A stretch of DNA of 64,000 bases, taken from Candidatus Melainabacteria bacterium 17Bon1m. Its GTDB lineage: Bacteria; Cyanobacteriota; Vampirovibrionia; Obscuribacterales; Obscuribacteraceae. Location of the stretch: contig JAVLKG010000002.1 in the NCBI GenBank assembly GCA_032128875.1, positions 288,001-352,000 on the forward strand, written 5' to 3'. Of this stretch, positions 10,137 to 19,854 are shown piece by piece; the first letter of the stretch is position 1; each line of letters starts with the position of its first letter. The notes under the pieces are model-generated. The model ran no database searches. It was not told where the DNA came from and was given only the letters and a program-made list of their open reading frames with translations. The position numbers and the translations under genes were made by a program.

Positions 10137-10763
10137 TCACTTTATGAGGCGAGCCAAATAGAAATCATGCTCGTCGACAAATTCCACGAGTTTCATTTCC
10201 AATTCTGTCGCCCATTTTTCGAGCTGATCTTTTTCTGGAAGGAGAAAAGGGACTATTGATGGATCGCTGTCGTGGAGAGCTTTTACAAAACGTTTTCCTA
10301 GAGGATGGCTGATTATTATGCATCCGCCGGGGCGCAGAAACGCTTGCGTTTTTTGAAGTGCCATTTTTTGGTCAAAGAGATTTCCAAAACAGGCATTGAA
10401 GAAAATAGCATCGAATTGCTCTGGTTTTCCAATGATGGTGTCGGCGTCTAAGACGTCTGCCTTGATGAAATGAACCTCCGGATAGCGCTCGCGCGCGACA
10501 TTCAGCATCTCATCGCTGAGGTCAACGCCGGTAATGTTTTTTTCTTTGACACCTAGTGACAAAAAGTGAGTAATGAGAGCGCCAGTTCCCGTCCCTACAT
10601 CCAGGACTTGAGAACTCTCGGATAACTCGGCGCTCTCGGCTATTTTTTGAGTGCGGGCGAGAATTTCGTCAGGAATGGGCTGGATAAAAACCCCTACGCG
10701 CGTGCGGAAATACTCTCTTTGCGCGTCTGCGTGGCTTTCTTTCTTTTCGCCTGGGGCTGCCAA
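10137..10763 (-). CDS. Class I SAM-dependent methyltransferase
   Basis: VLDVGTGTG, GVDLSDEML, LRPGG motifs. Confidence 0.88.
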   Translation of the reverse strand: MAAPGEKKESHADAQREYFRTRVGVFIQPIPDEILARTQKIAESAELSESSQVLDVGTGTGALITHFLSLGVKEKNITGVDLSDEMLNVARERYPEVHFIKADVLDADTIIGKPEQFDAIFFNACFGNLFDQKMALQKTQAFLRPGGCIIISHPLGKRFVKALHDSDPSIVPFLLPEKDQLEKWATELEMKLVEFVDEHDFYLARLIK

Positions 10764-10857
10764 TTTTTACCCTCATTAAAAGCTAGACGCAGATTATAGT
10801 CCCAAATCCGCATACAATATTTGACTTGTGAACTGTATATATTCGATGGGGTACGCC

Positions 10858-12561
10858 ATGCGTCTGGTTGAGTGTGTTCCGAATTTCAGTGATGGTCGCA
10901 ATGAGAAGGTCATCAATGCGATTTCCGATGCCATAAGGAGCGTTCAGGGCATAAGTTTGCTTGACGTCGACCCGGGCTGGAGCACCAACCGTACGGTAAT
11001 AACATTCGTCGGCAGTCCTGAAGTGATCGTTGAAGGCGCATTCCAAGCGATAAAGACAGCGCAAGGTTTGATCGACATGCGCAAGCACAAAGGAGAGCAT
11101 CCGCGCATGGGCGCCACCGATGTTTGTCCTTTCGTTCCTGTCTCCGGCGTCACGATGGAAGAGTGTGTAAAACTTGCCGAGCAGCTTGGTGAGCGTGTTG
11201 GCAAAGAATTGGGCATTCCAGTCTATCTTTATGCGGAAGCCGCGAAGACTGAGGAGCGCAAGAGTTTGGCCGATATTCGCAAAGGCGAATATGAAGCTTT
11301 GCCGGAAAAAATGAAGGACAAGTCCTTCAAGCCCGACTTCGGTCCAGCCGAGTTCAATGCACAATCCGGTGCCACTGTAATTGGTGCCCGCCAGTTTTTG
11401 ATTGCTTACAATGTGAATTTGAATACGCGCTCCAAGAAGTTGGCCAACGATATCGCACTAACCATCCGTGAAGCAGGGAAAGCCAAGCGCGATGCGGAAG
11501 GAAACATCGTCAAAGACAAAGACGGAGTTTCCGTGAAAGTTCCAGGAACGCTGAAAGCCGTGCGTGCAGTCGGCTGGTATGTTGATGAATACAAGCGTGC
11601 ACAGATCTCGATAAACCTGATCGACTATTCTATTTGCTCGCTGCATCAAGCATTTGACGAAGCTGAACGCGTTGCCAATGAAGCGGGGTTGCGCGTCACA
11701 GGCAGTGAAATTGTCGGGCTGGTTCCGCTTGCACCTATGTTGGAAGCCGGGCGGCACTATTTGCGCAAGCAAGGCAGATCGACGGGGGTTTCTGAGCGTG
11801 AGCTGGTTGAAACCGCCGTTCAATCCCTAGGTTTGGCAGAACTTTCTCCATTCGACATCGACAAGAAAATCATTGAATACAATGTGGCGCCGAAGATGAA
11901 AGAGTTGAAAAAACTCTCGCTTAGCGATTTTGTCGATGAGCTAGCGTCCGATTCGGTTGCACCTGGCGGCGGCAGTGCTGCAGCTCTCGCGGGTGCTTTG
12001 TCCGCTTCGCTGTCTGCGATGGTTGGAAATCTTACTTATGAGAAGAAGGGTTTTGAAAAGGCGAAACCTATATTGAATGAACTTGCAGAAAGTGGTCAAA
12101 AGCTGAAGACCGATTTCTTGCGCGACGTCGACAATGACATGAATGCCTACAACAGTATTGTTGAATCGAGGCGCTTGCCCAAAGGCTCTGCGGAGGAAGC
12201 AAAAGCTCGCGACGAGGCAATTCATAAAGCGACAGTGGACGCAACGCTGGTGCCGCTCGGTGTCCTAAAACGCTGTGACGATGCCTTGAATTTGGTTGAG
12301 ACCGCCATCGAGAAAGGTAATCCTAACTCTTTGTCCGATGCCGGGGTCGCTGGACTGATGGCGCTGGCAGCGGCTGAGGGCGCCTACTACAACGTCCTCA
12401 TCAATTTGGCCGGCTTTGACAAACAGCACGCTGACTTCGTCCGCAAGACCGCCAAGGAAGCCGACGGGCTGATTGATGCGGTGCGAAAGAAGAGCAGCAA
12501 AGCTGCAAACAAGGTCCAAGACCAACTCATGAAAGAATTCCAACAAGCTGTCGCTAAATAG
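10858..12561 (+). CDS. ftcd: Bifunctional glutamate formimidoyltransferase / formimidoyl-THF cyclodeaminase
   Basis: LVECVPNFSDGR, NRTVIT, HKGEHPRMGATDVCPFVP; C-terminal APGGGSAAALAGA and GNPNSLSDAGVA; start placed at ATG 10858. Confidence 0.93.
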   Translation: MRLVECVPNFSDGRNEKVINAISDAIRSVQGISLLDVDPGWSTNRTVITFVGSPEVIVEGAFQAIKTAQGLIDMRKHKGEHPRMGATDVCPFVPVSGVTMEECVKLAEQLGERVGKELGIPVYLYAEAAKTEERKSLADIRKGEYEALPEKMKDKSFKPDFGPAEFNAQSGATVIGARQFLIAYNVNLNTRSKKLANDIALTIREAGKAKRDAEGNIVKDKDGVSVKVPGTLKAVRAVGWYVDEYKRAQISINLIDYSICSLHQAFDEAERVANEAGLRVTGSEIVGLVPLAPMLEAGRHYLRKQGRSTGVSERELVETAVQSLGLAELSPFDIDKKIIEYNVAPKMKELKKLSLSDFVDELASDSVAPGGGSAAALAGALSASLSAMVGNLTYEKKGFEKAKPILNELAESGQKLKTDFLRDVDNDMNAYNSIVESRRLPKGSAEEAKARDEAIHKATVDATLVPLGVLKRCDDALNLVETAIEKGNPNSLSDAGVAGLMALAAAEGAYYNVLINLAGFDKQHADFVRKTAKEADGLIDAVRKKSSKAANKVQDQLMKEFQQAVAK

Positions 12562-12702
12562 GGACCGCAACTGCGCTTGGATGCGCCTGGGGCATCACAG
12601 TACAGGGTGGTCAAGAGCCTCAAAATGCGGATAAACAATGCAAATTTGCGCCGCTAGTGCCTATAATATTGGCTCTACTCCGGCAGCTAAGGTGTAAATC
12701 TA

Positions 12703-14016
12703 ATGGGGAAAGTCAAGCAAAAGGGCGACTCGAAAGAGACCGACGACAAGAAGGATAAGCTCAAGAACGAGTGGGAAACCGAAGATTTCTTGATGGCGCA
12801 AAAGCGGATACACCGTGCGGCGCAGTCCCTGAAGCTTGATGAAAGTACCATCGGACCGCTTATGCAGCCAAAGCGTGCTCTGTCGGTTGTAATACCTTGC
12901 CGCATGGATGATGGATCCGTTCAATCTTTCCAGGGCTATCGCGTCCATCATGACCTGGCTCTGGGACCCGGTAAAGGCGGCGTTCGCTTCCATTCTTATG
13001 TCAATCTGGGTGAGATTGCCGCGATGGCGATGCTCATGACCTGGAAGTGCTCTTTGATGAACTTGCCGTTTGGCGGCGCCCATGGCGGTATTCGCCTTGA
13101 TCCTCACTCTATGAGCACCGGCGAGTTGGAGCGTGTCACGAGAAGATATACATCGGAAATCATCGATATCATCGGACCTGATGCCGACATCATGGGACCG
13201 GACATCAACACAAGCGAACAAACAATGGCTTGGATGATGGACACATACAGCGTCAACGTCGGTCACACCGTGCCGTCCATTATTACAGGTAAGCCCAAGT
13301 CGATCGGTGGATCGCTGGGGATGCTGGAAGCAACAGGATATGGCGTTTCGCTTTGCACACAAAAACTTTTGAAAGAAATTGGCTTCAATAAGAACGAGCC
13401 GACAGTGGTCATTCAGGGACTGGGTCGCGCTGGATCCGGCACTGCAAGAAACTTGATCAAAGCTGGCTTCAAAATTGTTGGCGTGTCTGAAACTTCAGGC
13501 GGTGTCTACAATCCGAAGGGGCTCGATGTGGAAGCTGTAAAGGCTCACTACAGAGAACACCGCAATATGGAAAATTACCCGGATGGCAAATACATCCCGG
13601 TAGATGAAGTGGTAGAACTCGATTGCGACATCCTTGTTCTTTGCGCTGTTGCCAATCAAGTGCATGCAGGCAATGTAGACAAGATCAAGGCGAAGGTAGT
13701 TGTTGAAGGTGCAAATGCGCCCACTACGCCGGAAGCCGATGAAGTGTTGGCAAAGCGTGGAGTACACGTGCTGCCGGACATTCTCTCGAACTCAGCTGCA
13801 GTAACCGTAGGTTATTTCGAGTGGGTGCAAGGTTTGATGGGCTTGTTCTGGAACGAGAACGAGGTCTATCAGCGTCTCGAACAACTGGTCGTTCGTGCTT
13901 GCGACAGCGTCTTCGCAACCGCAAAAGAGCATAAGCTCTCTATGCGAGATGCCGCAATGCGTCAAGCTTTGTCGCGTGTTATCGAAGCCCGCAAATTGCG
14001 CGGCTTGTATCCATAA
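12703..14016 (+). CDS. Glu/Leu/Phe/Val dehydrogenase family protein with degenerate active site
   Basis: GPGKGGVRF, MTWK, TGKP..GGSLG, EGANAPTT present, but GGAKGG reads GGAHGG. Confidence 0.9.
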   Translation: MGKVKQKGDSKETDDKKDKLKNEWETEDFLMAQKRIHRAAQSLKLDESTIGPLMQPKRALSVVIPCRMDDGSVQSFQGYRVHHDLALGPGKGGVRFHSYVNLGEIAAMAMLMTWKCSLMNLPFGGAHGGIRLDPHSMSTGELERVTRRYTSEIIDIIGPDADIMGPDINTSEQTMAWMMDTYSVNVGHTVPSIITGKPKSIGGSLGMLEATGYGVSLCTQKLLKEIGFNKNEPTVVIQGLGRAGSGTARNLIKAGFKIVGVSETSGGVYNPKGLDVEAVKAHYREHRNMENYPDGKYIPVDEVVELDCDILVLCAVANQVHAGNVDKIKAKVVVEGANAPTTPEADEVLAKRGVHVLPDILSNSAAVTVGYFEWVQGLMGLFWNENEVYQRLEQLVVRACDSVFATAKEHKLSMRDAAMRQALSRVIEARKLRGLYP

Positions 14017-14048
14017 AAGCAAGCGCGTGACTGAGCGAGCCTATCTCT

Positions 14049-16514
14049 ATGCATATTGATGCGCAGCGGAAAGACTTGCTCGACAAGCTTCATCAAGCAG
14101 CAGACGATGCGCAGCGGCCGAATTCCAAGCTCGGTTGGAGAGGCGTTGTGGCCACTGTTGCCTTCGCTGCAATATTGCTCGCGTTGATGTATTTTGAATT
14201 CGGCGGCGCGCTAAACAGCTACTTCACGTCGGACGATCTCAACCACGTCACATACGCCTATCGCATGCTGCACGATAACGGTGAGCTGCTTGCCCGTACC
14301 TTCTCGACGGTCTGGATGCAGGATACTTCCGTCGAAATTTTCTATCGCCCGCTCATTGAAGTGAGTTTTGCGGTGGACCAGTATTTTTCAGGTGCGAATC
14401 CGCTTGGTTATCACATCTCGAATTTTCTGTATTCATTCGTTGGCGCGATGGCTGTGCTATCGATCGCAAGAAGTTTGGCAGAGCGTTTCAAAGTTTTGCA
14501 CGTCGAGATAATCGGTTATGTCGCAGCTCTTTTATTTGCTGTGAGCCCGCTTCATACAGAGGTTACGACATGGTTAATCGGCCGCGTCGACGGGCTTTCT
14601 ACGATGTTTTTCTTGCTATCTTTTGCGTTGTTTCTAAAACTGCCACCGCAGGTTAATGCAGTAAAACATTTTGCTGGTTTGGTATCTCTTGTGGCTTTTG
14701 CGCTGGCACTATTGTGCAAAGAAATGGCCGCTTCGCTTCCACTTGTTTTGTTTGCCTGTTCATTTTTCTTGAGCAAAGAGTCGACAAACGCAAAAAAATT
14801 ACGCTGTGCCGCAGTGGAATCTGCTCCCTATTTTGCGGTGTTGGCTGGTTATTTCCTCATTCGCTATTGGGCTACTGGTGCGTTTCTCGGCGGATATGTA
14901 GGTGCAGTAGGGGAGGCGAATGTTCTCTCTCTTGAAACCCTTTGGTTTCGTCTTGTCCATTTTTGGAAGGTTGCTTTTCCATTCAATGAAGAAGTGGTAA
15001 AACGCACGGGTGGATTTGAGGATGCGTTTCGCGTTTTCTATGTCATCTTTGGTATCTATTTGCTGGTGCGGATTCGCTTCGATCGATTTGGCGCCAATCA
15101 ATTGAAATTGATTGGTTTTCTGAGCAGTTGGCTAGTCTTACAACTGCTGCCTCTGTATCAAGTGTTTATGATTCACAATACGCTCGCCGGCTCAAGACTG
15201 TTTTACCTGAGCACTGCTGTTATCTCTATAATCGCAGCCGTAGTGCTCGTTCCTGGTCCTCAGAGCGCGATGAATCCGACACAGAGAAGAGCTCTGAACG
15301 CTTTTGCTGCTGTTCTCTTTGCTTTTCTAAGCGGGCTTTTCATTGTCGTCGGCCGGTTGAACAACGAATGCTGGATAGTTGCAGCAACTCATGTTGAGGA
15401 GTTGCAATCGCAGTTAAACAGCGCGATTGCGACACTTCCGCAGAAGAGGAAGATCCTGCTCGCCTATGCTCCAATTCAGGTGTTGGGCGCTCATATGTTT
15501 AACCGTTACTATCTAATTCAATCTATGTTGTCGCCGCCCTTGTTGACGCCTGATCAGTCTAAACGTGTATGTGTGCTGGAGCCGCGCTTCTACACATATG
15601 ACCACTTCGTTCCTTCGGGACCCCTGAGGAAGAAACTTTCCGATTCAGATAATTTCGAAACTGTCTATTGGGATACTAACACCCTGAGGCTCACCAATTT
15701 ATCCGCTACATCAGGAATTGATTCTTCTTCTTCTTCTTCTTCTTCTTCTTCTTCTGGCACGCTGCCGCAATTGGTTGTTCAGCCTGGCAAATTGCCTGGC
15801 ATGACTGACATTGTGGCGAAACAATATTTCGAGAATCGTGCAGTCAAATTTGTTGACGTTGATTTGAAAAATTCAGAGCCCAAAAGCAACTCTTCTAAGG
15901 ATGTTCTTGTCCTTGCATTTGATGAAAGTCGTCAGCCGCCAAAGGGCATGGATAACTGGTGTCAGGCAGATTACGATCAGCGCTTGAAATTTCAAACAGT
16001 GCGCTTTCCTGTTGATGAAAAATTTGCCTGGTATTTATCCAAAGAAACTCGCGACTTCAAAGTTTATTTGGGAGAAAGGAAAAATCTCAGCATAGTTGCC
16101 GCTCGACTTAATGACGGTAATACGCTCATTCCGAGCCTGGAGGCTTCACTCTTAACGGTACGCGAATGCAACGATGGTGTGCGCCGTCCGATCGAGTTTC
16201 CACTTAGATTTGAATACGATGTTTCCAACGTTCCAGGTGCAGTAAATTGTCTCCTAGAGCTGTCGCGCCCGCGTTCGATGTTCCAGCTGGAGAATTTCAC
16301 TTATCGAGATGTTCGCCCCTCAAAAAAAGCTTTGAAAAGCTGGACACAAGCGGGGACGACAGGCCATGTCGAGATAGGCAGAAACATGTTTCCCGAAGAC
16401 GCCTGTTATCAAATACGAGCTTTTGCGCAGCGCGCCGATGGCAGCGTATGTGGTGTCAGCAGCGATTTTATTGATTTAGGAATTAACGATCGCCCTAAAG
16501 GGCAAGAGCTCTAA
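14049..16514 (+). CDS. GT-C fold membrane glycosyltransferase (TMTC/PMT-like N-terminal region) with large C-terminal soluble domain
   Basis: FTSDD, FYRPL, GYHISN, LLFAVSPLHTEVTTWLIGRVD, ALLCKE, RLFYL motifs; many TM segments. Confidence 0.6.
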   Translation: MHIDAQRKDLLDKLHQAADDAQRPNSKLGWRGVVATVAFAAILLALMYFEFGGALNSYFTSDDLNHVTYAYRMLHDNGELLARTFSTVWMQDTSVEIFYRPLIEVSFAVDQYFSGANPLGYHISNFLYSFVGAMAVLSIARSLAERFKVLHVEIIGYVAALLFAVSPLHTEVTTWLIGRVDGLSTMFFLLSFALFLKLPPQVNAVKHFAGLVSLVAFALALLCKEMAASLPLVLFACSFFLSKESTNAKKLRCAAVESAPYFAVLAGYFLIRYWATGAFLGGYVGAVGEANVLSLETLWFRLVHFWKVAFPFNEEVVKRTGGFEDAFRVFYVIFGIYLLVRIRFDRFGANQLKLIGFLSSWLVLQLLPLYQVFMIHNTLAGSRLFYLSTAVISIIAAVVLVPGPQSAMNPTQRRALNAFAAVLFAFLSGLFIVVGRLNNECWIVAATHVEELQSQLNSAIATLPQKRKILLAYAPIQVLGAHMFNRYYLIQSMLSPPLLTPDQSKRVCVLEPRFYTYDHFVPSGPLRKKLSDSDNFETVYWDTNTLRLTNLSATSGIDSSSSSSSSSSSGTLPQLVVQPGKLPGMTDIVAKQYFENRAVKFVDVDLKNSEPKSNSSKDVLVLAFDESRQPPKGMDNWCQADYDQRLKFQTVRFPVDEKFAWYLSKETRDFKVYLGERKNLSIVAARLNDGNTLIPSLEASLLTVRECNDGVRRPIEFPLRFEYDVSNVPGAVNCLLELSRPRSMFQLENFTYRDVRPSKKALKSWTQAGTTGHVEIGRNMFPEDACYQIRAFAQRADGSVCGVSSDFIDLGINDRPKGQEL
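15723..15755 (+). repeat. (TCT)11 microsatellite encoding poly-Ser
   Basis: 33 bp perfect trinucleotide run within the CDS. Confidence 0.95.
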
Positions 16515-16528
16515 GACCCGCAATCTGG

Positions 16529-17119
16529 CTAACGAGGCGGACCTTGCATGTAAGAGCCGGGAGGCGCAACTTCCACAGGCGGCAGTACGGCGACGAGTAA
16601 GTCTCCGTCCGGTGAGCAAGAAAGCTTTGAGCGCTGCGGAAATCCAGGAAATTGGATATTCTGCGGATTGGATATAAGTGCTTGTTCTATAGCACTCTTG
16701 ATGCTCGCTAATTGCTGCGCATCTTCCGATTGTGATGTGCTCTTGGGTTTGCCTATTGCTTCCAGTATGAAGTCGAGTGCGCGGCGTGCCGCAAGGGCTC
16801 TGCCTTCATCATATGCATCGCCCATCCTGATAGCCATGGACTGACCGACAATTTTGCCGCCGGCCACAGTCACTGTAATTCCGGTAGCAAAGCCCGGACA
16901 GCGTGTTTCCTCATCGGGGGTGAGAGGGAAAGCGAACCTGTAATTTGTCTGTGCTCCACGCGCTTCCTGCGTTCTAAACTTCAGTTTGGCTGAGGTCTTC
17001 GCACGAAAAGCAGAAATCTGTTCGCCGATTTTCGCATCGCAGGGGTGCTGGCTGCCAAAGAAAATCGCAAAGGGCAATACTGTCGAAAGCGTTGTACGCG
17101 AGAATTTTGTTGCTTTCAT
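16529..17119 (-). CDS. Hypothetical exported protein
   Basis: 196-aa ORF filling the gap, signal-peptide-like N terminus. Confidence 0.65.
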   Translation of the reverse strand: MKATKFSRTTLSTVLPFAIFFGSQHPCDAKIGEQISAFRAKTSAKLKFRTQEARGAQTNYRFAFPLTPDEETRCPGFATGITVTVAGGKIVGQSMAIRMGDAYDEGRALAARRALDFILEAIGKPKSTSQSEDAQQLASIKSAIEQALISNPQNIQFPGFPQRSKLSCSPDGDLLVAVLPPVEVAPPGSYMQGPPR

Positions 17120-17145
17120 GATTCAGCTGAGGCCTGATGTCCGGA

Positions 17146-18075
17146 TTATATGCCGGCTGGTTCTAATCGAAGAGCTTCATGGACTTCTAGTTTAGATACG
17201 TAGGTGTCGATGTCGTTCCCCTTCAAGATACCCTGTTCGGTGACAACTCCGCTAATGTGGGTGAATGGAATCAATTCGAAGTGGCGATTGAGCACTCTGA
17301 CGCCTTTTGGAAAATCATTCCACACTTCTTCTGACGGGCGCTCGTGGCGTTCGAATTCGAAGAGACGCTCGTCAGTGACGAATTTTTCAGTTCCTGCCAG
17401 AGCATAGAGCGGAATGCCCAACTCTTTGCACGCGATTGCCAGAAGCCAGGAGCCGGCTTTGTTTACGACGCCGGGACGACCGACGCAATCTACTCCCATG
17501 AAGGCTGCTGCGCAGGTGGGCAAGAGTAGACCCATTGCGTTGTCGAATGTGTGCATTACTTCGATTCCACCTTTGGCGAGGCGGCTCGCTAGCTTATTGC
17601 CTTCGAATGCTGGTCTGGCTTCTGTGCAGGCGACGCGGAAAAAGCGTCCTTTTGCACGGGCGTTGAGCAAGCAGCTCACTACGGTTGAGCTGAATGAATA
17701 GGCGAAAACAACCTCTCCCGGCGGGATAAGGTCGAAAACTTTATCAGCAATGACGTTGGCTGATTCGCAAAGCTGCTTCTCGAAATTAGTTAACGCTTCG
17801 TCGCAGCGGGTTCTGATTTCGGCAGTCGTCTCAGCCGAGCGAACCGCAAGCAAGACTGAATTGCCCAGATGGAAAACAGGCGCCATTGCCGGCTGGGCGT
17901 CGATGAGGGCGAGCGTAAGCTCGGTCAGGACATTCTTGAGCTTGACCGGGTCTTCTTCTGTTGGGAGCACATTCTGGTAAATGGTGATTGCTCTAAGAGC
18001 AACTTCAGCTGCTCCTGACAACAGATCGTCTCTGACCGGCTGCACCAATTGGCTTATTTGCGTGGTTTTATCCAT
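17146..18075 (-). CDS. IF-2B family protein (eIF2B regulatory subunit / sugar-phosphate isomerase-like)
   Basis: DLLSGA, AQPAMA, SFSSTV, TEARPAFEG, GVD..VVNKAGS, EKF, NRHFELIP..ISGVVTE. Confidence 0.85.
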   Translation of the reverse strand: MDKTTQISQLVQPVRDDLLSGAAEVALRAITIYQNVLPTEEDPVKLKNVLTELTLALIDAQPAMAPVFHLGNSVLLAVRSAETTAEIRTRCDEALTNFEKQLCESANVIADKVFDLIPPGEVVFAYSFSSTVVSCLLNARAKGRFFRVACTEARPAFEGNKLASRLAKGGIEVMHTFDNAMGLLLPTCAAAFMGVDCVGRPGVVNKAGSWLLAIACKELGIPLYALAGTEKFVTDERLFEFERHERPSEEVWNDFPKGVRVLNRHFELIPFTHISGVVTEQGILKGNDIDTYVSKLEVHEALRLEPAGI

Positions 18076-18169
18076 GCTTACTCCCTGTCCATATATCCAA
18101 GTGCCCCGCGCGGGAGCTCGCCACCAGTCTATAAGCTTTTCAACCTTATCTAATTAAAGCCGGCGGTAT

Positions 18170-19798
18170 TTAAGAAAGAGAAAGGCCGACAGCGGCCTCA
18201 TTGTGTTTGCCGAGATACAGAGTTTTCTCCGCATCTTGCAAATGACTCCAAGGCAATGTTTCTTCTTTAGGGATGTCGCGAAAAATGTAAAAGTCTCGCA
18301 CATCCGGCATGGCAATTGTGTTTTGCCTTGCTTCCTTGATCGCTTTTTTCCAGGCGCCGAGATTTCCGGAATTCTCCTCTACCGCCTTGAGAATCGGATG
18401 CAGTCGTCTGTCCCCCCTCGATAGCAGCGCTTGAATGTCGCTCCAATTATGGCTTTCCGGTCGAACATCGATGCCAATTTTTGAGAGGTGCTTGCGCACA
18501 AATTCTAATTTCTTGCTGCAATTCTTGTCTCTGCCGTTCCATTGAAACGGTGTCTGTGCCTTGGGTACAAACGAACTTATACCAAACACGAAACGCAAAC
18601 GTTTGTGTTTCTTTTTCAATTGAGTTAAAAGTCTAACTGTTTCATCAAGATCTTCTTGTGTCTCGTGTGGCAACCCGGCGATGCCGTAAAACTTGATGGA
18701 TTCTAGTCCGGCCGCTTCAACCATAGCAACAGCCTGCAAGATTTCCACTTCAGTAAGATTCTTCTTCATAATCGAACGCAGGCGTTCGGAGCCTGATTCG
18801 ATTGCGATGGTGACTGACTTTTGTCCGAGTGAGACGAGTGTGGAAAGAATCTCTTCAGTCAAAGTATCGGCACGCACTGAGGCGATAGAGAGGCTCAAAT
18901 CTTCTCTGCCTCTTAATCTTCGAGCGATCTCATCGAATTTTGGATGCTCGGTCACCGATGGACCTAAGAGCCCAATTTTGTTTGTATGTTTCAAACCAAG
19001 CTCAATCGCGTCGATTAGCGCATCTACGTTTGTGGCTCGGAATGGTCGAGTGAGAAAACTGGCCAGGCAAAAGCGACATTCTTGTGGGCAAGAGCGCACG
19101 ACCTCGACGAGGAACATGTTGCCCCATGCGGTTTCTGGTGAGAGGACAATTGAGTGAGCAACATAATCAGGTGGTGGGGCGAAGATCTTTTTTCGCGGCG
19201 TCGCTGGAACGCCGCTTACACTAGGCGTGATCGACTGGATTGGACCATCGCCCTGCCTTTCGTTATCTTGATACTCAATATCATAGAACTGCGGAATGTA
19301 GATTCCATCCGCATTAGCAAGGTTGAGTAGTTGTTCTCTGCGAGTCGAGAATTTCTTTGCTTCTCTGTAAGAGCTGAGAAAAGAAGGTACTGCAATTTCT
19401 GCATCGCCCAGAAGGACAATGTCGAATATGTCTGCGAATGGCTCTGGATTTGCGGTTAAGACAGGTCCGCCACCAAAAATCAGTGGGTGGCTTTCGTCTC
19501 TGTCTTTTGCTGAGACGGGAATATTGTGCTTTCTGAGGATACCGACGATATTCGCGTAGTCTAATTCCCAGGAGAAAGTAAAACCAAAGATGCTGGCGCC
19601 GCCGATTCCTGGCTCTTCCATATCGGTGAAGCCGCGCAAGACTTCGATGTCCTCATCGGAATCGAGCAGGCGAAACACCAATTGATATCCCAGTCCTGCC
19701 ATGCCAACCGTGTAGGTGTTGGGGTAAAACCAGGCAACGGAAAACTCGCTACGAGTCTTGAGCGGTCTGGGAATCAGAAATTTCTCTTTCGGAAACAT
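18170..19798 (-). CDS. Radical SAM protein
   Basis: YPNTY..GMAGLG, GGPVLTANPEP, CPQECRFC (CxxxCxxC), ESGSERLR, FVPKAQTPFQW. Confidence 0.88.
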   Translation of the reverse strand: MFPKEKFLIPRPLKTRSEFSVAWFYPNTYTVGMAGLGYQLVFRLLDSDEDIEVLRGFTDMEEPGIGGASIFGFTFSWELDYANIVGILRKHNIPVSAKDRDESHPLIFGGGPVLTANPEPFADIFDIVLLGDAEIAVPSFLSSYREAKKFSTRREQLLNLANADGIYIPQFYDIEYQDNERQGDGPIQSITPSVSGVPATPRKKIFAPPPDYVAHSIVLSPETAWGNMFLVEVVRSCPQECRFCLASFLTRPFRATNVDALIDAIELGLKHTNKIGLLGPSVTEHPKFDEIARRLRGREDLSLSIASVRADTLTEEILSTLVSLGQKSVTIAIESGSERLRSIMKKNLTEVEILQAVAMVEAAGLESIKFYGIAGLPHETQEDLDETVRLLTQLKKKHKRLRFVFGISSFVPKAQTPFQWNGRDKNCSKKLEFVRKHLSKIGIDVRPESHNWSDIQALLSRGDRRLHPILKAVEENSGNLGAWKKAIKEARQNTIAMPDVRDFYIFRDIPKEETLPWSHLQDAEKTLYLGKHNEAAVGLSLS

Positions 19799-19854
19799 GC
19801 TGATCAGTATATCTTGAAGCCAGGCTAGGCAGGATTTATGGCTGGCTTTGTGCT

